Shown piece after piece: positions 13,310 to 24,400 of a stretch of DNA of 64,000 nucleotides (position 1 is its first letter; every line of letters begins with the position of its first letter). The notes beneath the pieces are model-generated. The model saw nothing but the letters and a program-made list of their open reading frames with translations. It made no database searches and was not told the origin of the DNA. Source of the DNA: Rhynchobatus australiae (lineage: Eukaryota); contig JAUZTB010000077.1 in NCBI GenBank assembly GCA_034780895.1, positions 11,585,094 through 11,649,093 of the forward strand, in the 5' to 3' direction. Made by a program: the position numbers and the translations under genes.

Positions 13310-13954
13310 ATATATATGGTGAAGAAGGTATATGGGATGCTTAACTTCATCGATCAGGGCATTGAGTACAAGAGTTAGGACCTCATGCTACAGCTGTATA
13401 GGATGTTGGTGAGACTGCACCTGGAATATTATGTGTAGTTCTGGTCATCATTCTATAGGAAGGATGTTGTTAAGATAGAGGAAGTACAGAAAAGATTCAG
13501 AAAGATGTTGGCTAGGACTGGAGGGCTGGAATTATGAGTAGAGACCAGATAGATTGGGACAGCTTTCTCTGGATCAAAGAAGGCCGAGAGGTGATCATTT
13601 AGATATTTATAAGGTCACGAGGGGGATAGATATCGTGGATGGTCACGGTCTTTTCCCCAGGGTCAGGGAGTTTAAAATTTGGGGGCATGGGTTTAAGGTG
13701 AGAGGGGAAAGATTTAAAGGGCATCTGAGGGGCATGTTTTTCGCACAGTGGGTGAGGGGTATATGGAATGAGCTGCCAGAGGAAGTGGCAGAGGCGGGTA
13801 CAATTACAACTTTCAAAAGACATTTGGACAGGTTCAAAGATAGGAAGGGTTTAGAGGGATATGGGCCAGATGCAGGCAAATGGGATCAGCATTGAAAGGC
13901 ACCTTGGTTGATAGGGACAAGTTGGGCCAAAGGGCCTGTTTCTGTGCTGTATTG
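13310..13954 (+). mobile_element. CR1 LINE 3' fragment (HER1-like)
   Basis: ORF reads LGQLSLDQRRPRGDHLDIYKVTRGID...GHGFKVRGERFKG...WNELPEEV. Tail is GGGCCAAAGGGCCTGTTTCTGTGCTGT. Confidence 0.92.
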
Positions 13955-14449
13955 NNNNNNNNNNNNCGTTTGGGATGTTTCTACAGAGGGTAATCTACTG
14001 TAATATCATCTTCAAAGGACAGTAACAGGATGGCAAATCTAGATTAAGACCTGTTAGAAGGGTTGCCACAACTCAATTCATTTGATAATTTTCACAAAAG
14101 CGCCTTTCATACCATAACTGTAGATTGTTATGACTTCTCCAGCTCGACATGAACAATTGCCCTTGGAACAGATTGCCAATTGAAAAGTTCCTGAAGCACG
14201 GAAGGAAATGAAGCCTGTCCCAGAGCGTAGTGCACATCATGCACAGGAATTGCTGAAAAAGAATCTGTCCAAAGAATCCTAATCAATGTGGTGGAGTTAG
14301 TTAAATCACAGTTAAGCTTTGGTAAATATCATTGTAACTGAATGATGACAGATTCTCAAGTTATCAACCTAACCTCCAACATAATATCCTTTTATGTTTC
14401 CTACACGCTCTCCCTCAAGATTTTTTTTAAATTCACTCTTTCACTCATG

Positions 14450-14580
14450 AATGTCACTGGCAAACCCAGTGTTTAATCATCCATATCAAGATGTCCCTGT
14501 GAAAATAGTGGTACATTTAAAGCACTGTAGTCTGTATGGTGAAGATGCTCTTGCAGTGCAGTTAGATAGGCAGTTTGGGC
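14450..14580 (-). mobile_element. Degraded GGGCAATAAA-type CR1 tail
   Basis: TCACTGGCAAACCCAG...CACTGTAGTCTGTATGGTGAAGATGCTC resembles 4795-4900. Confidence 0.45.
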
Positions 14581-17194
14581 ATCTTCCCTCAGCAAAGATG
14601 AATGGACAATGTTACATATCCAAATTCAGACTCTTTATACTGCAAGAGGGATTTTGTGACAATGGTGATCCTGCTCATTTGTTGGAGAAGGCTGCAGGTT
14701 TGCAAGGTGTTATTGAAGGAATGTTTGTAAGAGTGGACACTGTTGTGAATGCAGCTTCAAGAAGAGCTAAGCACGGACAGTAAAAGTTGCAATCGCTTTC
14801 ATGCGTCAACATTGAGAATAAATAGTATAGAACATGTTGGGTAATGATTAATATACAGGAAGCAAAAGATGATTTATTCCAAAGGCTTTCCATTGCTAAG
14901 CTCAAGCTCAGGAAGATGCTTGAGAATGACAAAGACAACTTGCCAAACTGGCTTCCCACTTGCGAAACATCTCATCTGTTTTCTGATTTGGCACATCAGG
15001 TTGAAGGACTACTTCGTAAATTACTCAAATGCTTATGAAATTCTCATAATTCATTAAAAGTAACTGAGGTACTTTCCTACAAGCTGGATGCTGAATGTCC
15101 AATATGTCAGGTAGCATGTTCAGCTTACTTTGTGTTAGTTACCTTTCCTATAATGATCATGGATGTCTGTCTGACACAAACACCAGGCTCTTTGCTTGGC
15201 CTGTCCCTGCATTGAACAGTCATTTTCAGAGAAACAGAAGCCACCAACCAAAAAGTCATAAATATGCAGTCAGACACTGATTAATTTCTAGTCCATCACA
15301 TTTTTCTTTGACACTTGGTTTAACTTCCAAGTTTTAAAGGGATACAGGTGTTTCATTGCAATATAAGTGGAAAGTCCTATTTGTATAATAATATTCCCCT
15401 AGAGATGTGCATAATTCCTACCCGTGATGTGGCTCATTTCATATGATAAACTAAATATAAATGTTAAATATCTCCCATAAATTCACCTTGATAGCACAAT
15501 TCTCAAAGGCAGTTGTTGGAGTTTAACATTTCAGCACCAAAGATCCTAGCTCAATGATTTATCTACNNNNNNNNNNNNNNNNNNNNNNNNNNNNNNNNNN
15601 NNNNNNNNNNNNNNNNNNNNNNNNNNNNNNNNNNNNNNNNNNNNNNNNNNNNNNNNNNNNNNNNNNCCAAAGATCCTAGCTCAATGATTTATCTACATGT
15701 TAACTGTCTTGGGCATTTCATTTATAAAAGTCTTTATCTTCATCTCTATCCCAATTCCTATGTTTGAAGGAGCAATTAGACAGTAACAAGGGAGTTAGCC
15801 TTTTGAGCACGAACACAGTCTCATAGAGGAAGGCTCAGGGGCACCTTAAGAAGATAGGGAAAGTTAATTCAGTTGAAGGATTTAAAGGGGAGCACCAGAA
15901 ATTGCAACCCGCTACCTAAAAGCTCTGAAATCAAATCTAAAGCAGAGGTAGGATGATACATTTTGCAAATCTTATTGATTTAAAGGGCAGCAGGTTGGGG
16001 ATATTTTAATTTTGGCTTTGATTAAGAAAGAGATTGGCAAATCCAGAACATGATCAAAAAGCTATAGTTAAAGGACATTTTTGAAGACAATATTTATAAT
16101 GTTTTTAAAAAAATAGCTTACAATTGTCTTTTAAGAATGCCTAATTCTGCCATAAAGTTTCAATGTTTCTTTTCTTGGTACATATGGAGTACAGTCTGTG
16201 AGGAATAGTACAAAATAAATGGCTTCCATGGTCAGAAAATGTACTATTTAGGATGGGAGACATATTCCATCAAAGTCAGGTCAGAATAAAAGAACAATGG
16301 ACTAAAATTCCTGTCTGCATTTTTTTGTGAGAAATACAAGTATAACGTAGTTATGCTTACTTCTTTTTTGCCACAACTGGAATTTTGGCCCCCAGAAGGG
16401 TTAAACAAAAACAGACCCCTATAACCATAATGTTCTTTGAAAACCAGTATTTATAGATGTGTGGCAAGAGAAGTGCACCACTCTGCCTGCTGTTTTCTGG
16501 CATTCTAATTTGATTTATAAACCCCATGGATTTTAACTATTCTTTGTAGCTTTCCACATAAAGTTCCAAAGTTCTTCACCATAAAAATGTATCAAAAATT
16601 TATCCTCATATAGAAGTCAGACCAAGGAGCTGTCTCCACGATTAGCCAGAACATGAATCCAAAGAGACATTAAATATTTGGAACAAAAAACGTCAATGTT
16701 CTGTAACCACTGGACCACAAAATTTCAAGAGTTTTCATAATATTGTTTTCAATCTTTGTGTAATTATAATATTTTTGGAATTCAATCAGATCATTGCATT
16801 CTTTTGCTGCATCAGCATGGGAAGCTGTTTATTTCCAAGGGATATAATGTTGCTCAAAAGTACAAACATTTGAGAAGACAATTTTATTTTAAAATATAGA
16901 ATGATGAAGAACGAGAGTACTGTGTTCCAATGACAGCTTTAAAGAAATTTGGACTTTCTTCACCATGGTACAGAAGGTTAAATGATGGCATCAAATAAAA
17001 GTATTCATAATTATGAAAGGATTTAGGTTCTCCAGCACCTTTCATTACTTTAGGATATCCCAAAGCACCAAGGAGCAAATAACACATTTTAAGCACAGTC
17101 TCTGTTGTAAAGTTGGAAATGCTGCAGTTCATTTCTACACAGCTGGGCTGGACTAAAAGCAATAAAATAATGACAATATCATTTTTTTTATTTT

Positions 17195-17312
17195 AATGAT
17201 GCTGGATAAATATTGAAAAAGGATCAGGGTGAAACTCCTGCTCTCCTTCAGTAATACTACAGGAGTTTTATGCCCATTTGAGAGGGTAGTAAAGGTCTCC
17301 TGTTTTAACATC
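17195..17312 (-). mobile_element. Deu-domain SINE fragment (SacSINE1/AmnSINE1-like)
   Basis: GGATAAATATTG...AACTCCTGCTCTCCTTCA...TGAGAGGGTAG...TTTAACATCT is the reverse of the recalled Deu-domain core. Similar to 42205-42245. Confidence 0.55.
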
Positions 17313-17339
17313 TTAGAAATATTGCAGGATTATAGGTGA

Positions 17340-18290
17340 AAATAAGGCATAAAATGAACACTAACACCAGAGGCATAAAATAGAAAATTAAAGTTAATTT
17401 TAATACAAACAATTTTAAGAATAGAGGCTTTACCACATGACGACTGAAGCTGAATCAATTGTGCCATTTAGTAGGAATCAAATAAGACTTGAAAATCTTA
17501 ANNNNNNNNNNNNNNNNNNNNNNNNNNNNNNNNNNNNNNNNNNNNNNNNNNNNNNNNNNNNNNNNNNNNNNNNNNNNNNNNNNNNNNNNNNNNNNNNNNN
17601 NNNNNNNNNNNNNNNNNNNNNNNNNNNNNNNNNNNNNNNNNNNNNNNNNNNNNNNNNNNNNNNNNNNNNNNNNNNNNNNNNNNNNNNNNNNNNNNNNNNN
17701 NNNNNNNNNNNNNNNNNNNNNNNNNNNNNNNNNNNNNNNNNNNNNNNNNNNNNNTGCTTGTTTTTTTAATGACCAGCATGACCAGTGTGTCCTCTTGTTA
17801 TCTTGTACTTTTATGAAGTTCAGATACCTTTATCTAGGATCAAATACCTGAAACTAAATATCGCACCTGACTTAGCTGAAAATGCACTGAATCTCAGTTT
17901 TATGCCAATCTACTTTATAGTGTACTTAGGATTCCACTTGCCCATTTAACGCTTTTCCTGATTGCAATCTTGCTTATTACTTTGTGATATCATAATCAAA
18001 ATAGTTCCACTGTGACCTTGACATTTCAAATCTCTTTTTCCTAAAGTATACAGCTTAACATAATTTTATGCTGAATTGCATTGTCACACATCTAACCTCG
18101 TTTTAATCCAAACACTTTAAGAATAGAGGATGTTTTACCTTATGACTACTGAAGTGTAATCAATTGTGCCATTTTGTAGGAATTAGGTAATACCTGAAAA
18201 TATTAAAAGTATGGGACAAAAGCTAAGAATTAGGATGTTTTCTATAGAGACCTGGGATTAGTACAGATGCAATGGGCAATAAATCTCTTC
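17340..18290. mobile_element. Mosaic of very old CR1 pieces in both orientations
   Basis: Plus-strand 3'-end-like segments at 17340-17500 and 18101-18290 flank a minus-strand RT-like segment near 18040-18100 (MQFSIK, compare WQMQFN). Confidence 0.4.
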
Positions 18291-18374
18291 CTGCACAAAT
18301 TTGTTTCAACTAGGGCAGGAAATGTCTGGATTTTTCTTCAATTTTGATGAATCCATACATGACAACACAGAAAA

Positions 18375-18802
18375 TAGAAAACAGAAGCAGGAGTAAGACA
18401 CCAGACAATTGAATATGGTCATGGACAATCTACACTGGTTTCAACTCTTCTGGGCCAGTTCCACACAACCCTCAATCTTTCAAATATGTACCTATCTCTA
18501 CACTAAGTATATCTAATGATCTGGCCACCACCACATTGGGAAGGCAGAGGATTCCAGACATTCACCACCCTCTGAGACAAGAATTTCAATGCACCTGTTT
18601 TAAATGACTGGCCCCTTGTTTTGTAGCTACATCCCCTTGTTTGTGACCCTCCCAGTAGTGAAAACATCTCAGAATCTACCATGTCAAGCTCGCTTAGGAT
18701 CTTATGTTTGAATAAGGTCACCCTTCATTCTTCTGAACTTCAAGGAATACAGTCCCAAACTGCCTCACCTCTCTCTCAAGAAAACAACCCTCTCAACCCA
18801 GG
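18375..18802 (-). mobile_element. CR1 LINE 3' fragment
   Basis: ORF reads MFSLLGGSQTRGCSYKTRG...FLSQRVVNVWNPLP. Reversed tail AGAAGCAGGAGTA near 18385. Confidence 0.85.
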
Positions 18803-19344
18803 NNNNNNNNNNNNNNNNNNNNNNNNNNNNNNNNNNNNNNNNNNNNNNNNNNNNNNNNNNNNNNNNNNNNNNNNNNNNNNNNNNNNNNNNNNNNNNNNNN
18901 NNNNNNNNNNNNNNNNNNNNNNNNNNNNNNNNNNNNNNNNNNNNNNNNNNNNNNNNNNNNNNNNNNNNNNNNNNNNNNNNNNNNNNNNNNNNNNNNNNNN
19001 NNNNNNNNNNNNNNNNNNNNNNNNNNNNNNNNNNNNNNNNNNNNNNNNNNNNNNNNNNNNNNNNNNNNNNNNNNNNNNNNNNNNNNNNNNNNNNNNNNNN
19101 NNNNNNNNNNNNNNNNNNNNNNNNNNNNNNNNNNNNNNNNNNNNNNNNNNNNNNNNNNNNNNNNNNNNNNNNNNNNNNNNNNNNNNNNNNNNNNNNNNNN
19201 NNNNNNNNNNNNNNNNNNNNNNNNNNNNNNNNNNNNNNNNNNNNNNNNNNNNNNNNNNNNNNNNNNNNNNNNNNNNNNNNNNNNNNNNNNNNNNNNNNNN
19301 NNNNNNNNNNNNNNNNNNNNNNNNNNNNNNNNNNNNNNNNNNNN

Positions 19345-19495
19345 TCTGGATTTGGTTTACATTTTCTGCTTCAGTCTGGGAAAGAGGAGAACTGTTCCAT
19401 TGGGATAGTTTAAAGCCCTGTCTGCAATGATATTTATGCAATCCACCAGGAGACTGGTCCCAGCACAATTCAGGTGAAGCCCATCCCAATGGAAC
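19345..19495 (+). mobile_element. CR1 ORF1 (SGNH-esterase-like) C-terminal relic with an internal inversion
   Basis: The plus strand reads WERGELFHWD. The continuation GLHLNCAGTSLLVDCINIIADRALN is on the minus strand (19482-19407). DGLHLN is the CR1 ORF1 esterase motif. Confidence 0.75.
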
Positions 19496-22400
19496 CTTCA
19501 GTATACCTGTAGTCTTCCACAATTTTCTTCATGATGTACATGTCTTGTAACTTAGTACTGAAATTTTGACTCACCATCTCCCATAGTTGACCCAATGCAG
19601 ATAAATGTATGGGAAGAGTTAACAACAGATACAAGTCTCTAGATGTCCACTTAAGGTGACTGTCTGGATGCTTGACTATCACCAGAATGAAGATGCCAGC
19701 ACCTGACTACTGGTTGATATGAAATACTCAATGACAGCATCCAGGTTCAAAATGACCAAATACTAGCTGAAAATTTTCTGCTCAAAAATGAGAGTATCCA
19801 AGTTGATTTATGTGAGTACAAAATTTGAAGAGCTATGTCATTTAATAGTGAGAAAAGGAATAATCAGCAACTAACAGTGCTCAGATTACACAGATGAATT
19901 TCAGGTTTTTCCAAGATTAACAGATCAGCTCAAAGGTATTGTTTTACTTTTACATTGTATTTACAAGNNNNNNNNNNNNNNNNNNNNNNNNNNNNNNNNN
20001 NNNNNTGATAATATTCAAGTGGAAAATTATGTAAATTAGAATTTACATGGGAGCAAAAGTCTGAAATGCAGCTGTCAAGCAACTTACATGTCCTGTATGA
20101 AACATTGTACATTGACTTAATTAACAATTGCAGGTAATTTTCTGAGTTTGGGAACTCAGAAGTTTACATGCATTGCAAAGATGTCACAGAATACATTCAT
20201 ATGCAATACACAAGGCCAGTGAAATGAATGATGAATGACTCCATCATAAAATTAAGTGAATTTGATTTAATGAAGTGTAGACATACAAGAGAAAAGTGAC
20301 TGCAGAGTTCCACTGATACAGTGTGGGTCACCGGACTTGAGAACAGTTGATCTCCACTATACCGCTCACATTGAGCTCAGCTTTATATAGACTATACAGA
20401 CAACATACTTATACAGCATTCCCCTTAAAAGCAGGAAGTAGCCAAGAAGATTAACAGAATGCTTTATTGCATGCTCAGAGTTCAACAACCTTTTGCAACG
20501 CGTCGCTGTTTATGTGTGAAAGGAACTGCCTGAGCTGTAAGTTGCTCTGTGACAACTATGAATATGTCACTGCATGAGTCCTCTGAGCCAAATTATTCCT
20601 AAAAGATTTACAACAATGCCAAAAATAACTTGTATTATTGATAATGTTCAGATCTTTCATATGAGCAAGTGCTGGACAGAGGTCACCGTGATAACGATAT
20701 GGCTCCCTACCTCTTCTTATATAACAAAGTTGATACTTTCTGCACTGTGGCAGCACGTTTAGATTGTGCAGTCACACATCTAATTGTTTATGTTGAGAGC
20801 CAGAGGCATAACTTCATGACAATACCCCAATATTAATGAGAAAAATGGAGGTAAGACCCAGATAACTGAATTTTGTATTAAAAATTGTGTGTCAATAGAG
20901 GACTAAATTAGTAGTATTCTGCAATCCATCTTCTTAGTGAAAAAGCCATCAACTTACTACAGAACGTACCATTTAAAACAAACCTAATGGGTCAGATACT
21001 GCTGGCATTTGTCAGCATTTGCACGGCTAACTGCCTGGTGCAGGAACAGGGAGTACATTCATTTGAATGAAGAGGAATGGCTGTAAGGAGGAAGAGTAAG
21101 CATCCGGGAAAGTACATCTGTGATAATTAATCGAGTTTTCTTTAATACTTCCAATTGTTTAGAAGTGTTTTTTGCAGTTTAACTTTTTAAACTTCTTTAA
21201 AGTTATTCATTTGATTTTTACTAATATTTGATTCTGTTTGTCAGAGACATTCAGAAGTATTTATAGTCCTTGCCAGTTTTGAAAGCTGGCCTAGCCCAAG
21301 AAGATAATGTTGGTATTTAAGTTTTCTCAGCTCTTTCATTGGCAGTGTTTGTTCTGACCCACCCACATGGCAGAATAGCATTGCATAGGACTTGTGCAGG
21401 ACCTTGTTATTTAGGACTAGCACTTACCACTAAAATGCCAATAGATAATTCACAAAATGTAAAACTGTAGTTAATAAATTTAGTGCAAAAGACTCTTACC
21501 TGCATCACCAATGCAATTTTAAGAATCAAAACAATTTCCTTATACATAAAATTGTCAGCATTAATTACCTTGCCATTGAACAAAAACACCCATACTCCTG
21601 TTCCACTCCTGTTCTGGGATACCAAATTGTTGGGTCTTGCAATCAGACAATGCAGTGAATCATTTCGAAATGTGACTCACTGATTCAGATCATTTAGCTT
21701 TTGGAAAGCTATTAGGAGTTGTTCTTGACGTTAACCACAGTTTCTTCTTTATATACTTCCCCTGGAGCTCTCATTACTAGTTTCACAATCTAATGTTCAA
21801 ATGGGAATGAATTGCCTCACTGTCCTCTTGCATTTATAAGATGTTGGTCAATCTGAGCACAAACAATTGAAGGGTCCAGAGAGTTAACTAACAGCTGGTG
21901 ACCAAATTCAATAGAAAATAAGATCAGATAATCTTTGTAAGCCTCTAATGTACTGAAGGCGCACACAAAGGCAGCTCATCCACTTTCTCCTCAGGATACT
22001 CTCTTGTACTCAGAATGCATAACCAGTTCCTCTTTCAATTCTCACTGCCCCTACACCACCCCTCAATCCAGTCACCTCCCACTAAAGTTTCACCTCGCCA
22101 CCATCATGCTTACTATCACACAGATCACTTATCTATATAGTCACAAACCCTGCCACTCCGGGGTGAATCTTTGCCCTCGGTCGCAAAATAGGAACCAGTT
22201 GACTGCTGCTCTGTTAATCAGGGACTGCTTTAAAATGTAGAAACTGACACTTAAATGTTTTGTTAATTAAGTATGAACAGCTCCACAATAAAGCAGTCTC
22301 ATTTCAAGTCCATGCTGATTGCTATCTAGAATTATTCAGAGAGTAAAAGAGCAGCTTTGTTGAAAGCACATAAAAAGCTCATAGCTTATGTCTGGGGAAG

Positions 22401-23374
22401 TGGTGTCCCTGGGGACAGTAAAAGGTTGTTTTAATAACCCAGTCCAAATGAAACTAAAGGTGAATATGTTCAGGCCAAAAAAAATTACAGGGGAAGCATT
22501 TGAGCAATAGATTAATGAATATTTCCTTGCAGAAAATAAATCTCATCTATCCTGTTGTGCATAAATATCAGTGATTAACTTTGTAATGCTTGAAGCCAGA
22601 AGATTATGCCTCACAGCCAATACGGATACCACAGTGCAGCATTCAACGGCAGTGCCGTCACGGTCCTTTGAAGCGACTGAAGCTGTAACCTTCCATCCTA
22701 AATTACCTTCCCTAAAGAAATTCTTTCCCTGGGATCCAATTGCAAACAAATTGTGCAATCTCATAAAGTGCTATGGTTAAATGTCTTCCCATTACAGAAG
22801 GCCTCAAGCTTAGCATGGTTACCACTTTCCATCAATTATCACAATCAAGGTTGCTTCGAAGAATAAGTTTTGTCAAAACTTCCATACTGAGTTAAAATAA
22901 AATTTGTTGGCAACAGAATACAATGTTCTAATAATAGTTGCATGTTCACCCTGACTATTATGGGAGTTGGTATCATCCTTTCCCAGNNNNNNNNNNNNNN
23001 NNNNNNNNNNNNNNNNNNNNNNNNNNNNNNNNNNNNNNNNNNNNNNNNNNNNNNNNNNNNNNNNNNNNNNNNNNNNNNNNNNNNNNNNNNNNNNNNNNNN
23101 NNNNNNNNNNNNNNNNNNNNNNNNNNNNNNNNNNNNNNNNNNNNNNNNNNNNNNNNNNNNNNNNNNNNNNNNNNNNNNNNNNNNNNNNNNNNNNNNNNNN
23201 NNNNNNNNNNNNNNNNNNNNNNNNNNNNNNNNNNNNNNNNNNNNNNNNNNNNNNNNNNNNNNNNNNNNNNNNNNNNNNNNNNNNNNNNNNNNNNNNNNNN
23301 NNNNNNNNNNNNNNNNNNNNNNNNNNNNNAAAACAAATGAGTTAACTTGTTCTCAGAGCACAAAAGGAAGACAA

Positions 23375-24400
23375 TAAGAAGTAGGCCATTCAGCCCTCAG
23401 GGCTAACGCTACATTCAGTAGGGTCATGCTGATCTGAATTTCCTCAAATCCACTTTACCACCTTTTCTCCATAACCCTCCATTCCCTTACTGATTAGAAA
23501 TCTATCTACATCAGCTAGAAATATACACGTCTCTCTGTGGCAGAGATTCAAACCCTCTGAGAGAAGAAATTCTTTCTCCTCTGTCTGAAATAGGTGCCCC
23601 CTTATACAGAGACCATCATCCCCTCAGTATTTACCCTGTCTGGCCCCCAAAGAATGTTATATTTTAATAAGATCGCCTCCATTGCTCTAAACTCCAATGA
23701 ATAGAGTTCAACCTGTTTAACTTTTCCTCAGAGGACAACCCCTCCATTCCCAAGATCATTTCAATGAACCTGGTCAGAACTGATTCCAATGAGATAATAT
23801 CTTTCCTTAAATAGGAAAGCTAAAATTGTTCACGGTACTCTAGGTGTTGTTTCACTGGTCCCTGTTTGCAGGAAGACCTCCCTACTTTTATACTCCAAAT
23901 CCCTTGAAATAAGGGCTAATAATCTTCCCTATTACCTGCTGCAATCTGCGTTTTGTGTACAAGGACCCCTAAATCCCTTAGTACTGCAGGTTTCTACAAT
24001 TTTTCTGTTTTTAAACAATCTTGGACCTTTTTGTTCTTCCTTCAAAGATGAACAACTTCACACTTTCCAATATTACACTCCATTTGCCAACCCATTCGTC
24101 TAACCTACCAATATCTCCCTGTAAATTCTTTGTATCTTCCACACTGCTTGCCTTCCCACCCATTTCTGTCTTGCCTACAAATTTGGCTCCCATGCATTTG
24201 CTTTCTTTCCCTGAGTCATTACTGCACACTGTGAACAGCTGCAGTCCCAGCACTCTTCCCTGTGGCATTTCACTGATCACAGGTTGCCAACCTGAAAATG
24301 ACCTCCCTTATCCCTACATATTTCTTTCTATCTGTTAGTCAACCCTCTGTCCATACCACTGCCAACAACATGGGCATCTTGTCATGTAACCTCTTGTGTA
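23375..24400 (-). mobile_element. CR1 LINE fragment, RT to 3' tail
   Basis: ORF reads PQGRVLGLQLFTVCSND...KFVGKTEMGG...LQGDIGRLDEW. Reversed tail GAAGTAGGCCATTCAGCCC at about 23378. Confidence 0.88.

Noticed and set aside
13554-13895. 113-aa ORF and similar ORFs (26092, 43650, 52028, 60432) as host genes
   Set aside because: All are C-terminal pieces of CR1 ORF2 with adjacent frameshifts or stops and a LINE tail.
14990-15038. Resemblance of ...LLRKLLKCL to the prolactin C-terminus (KLLKC)
   Set aside because: Only a 5-residue match. The CLRRD motif and terminal Cys are absent and no other exons were found.
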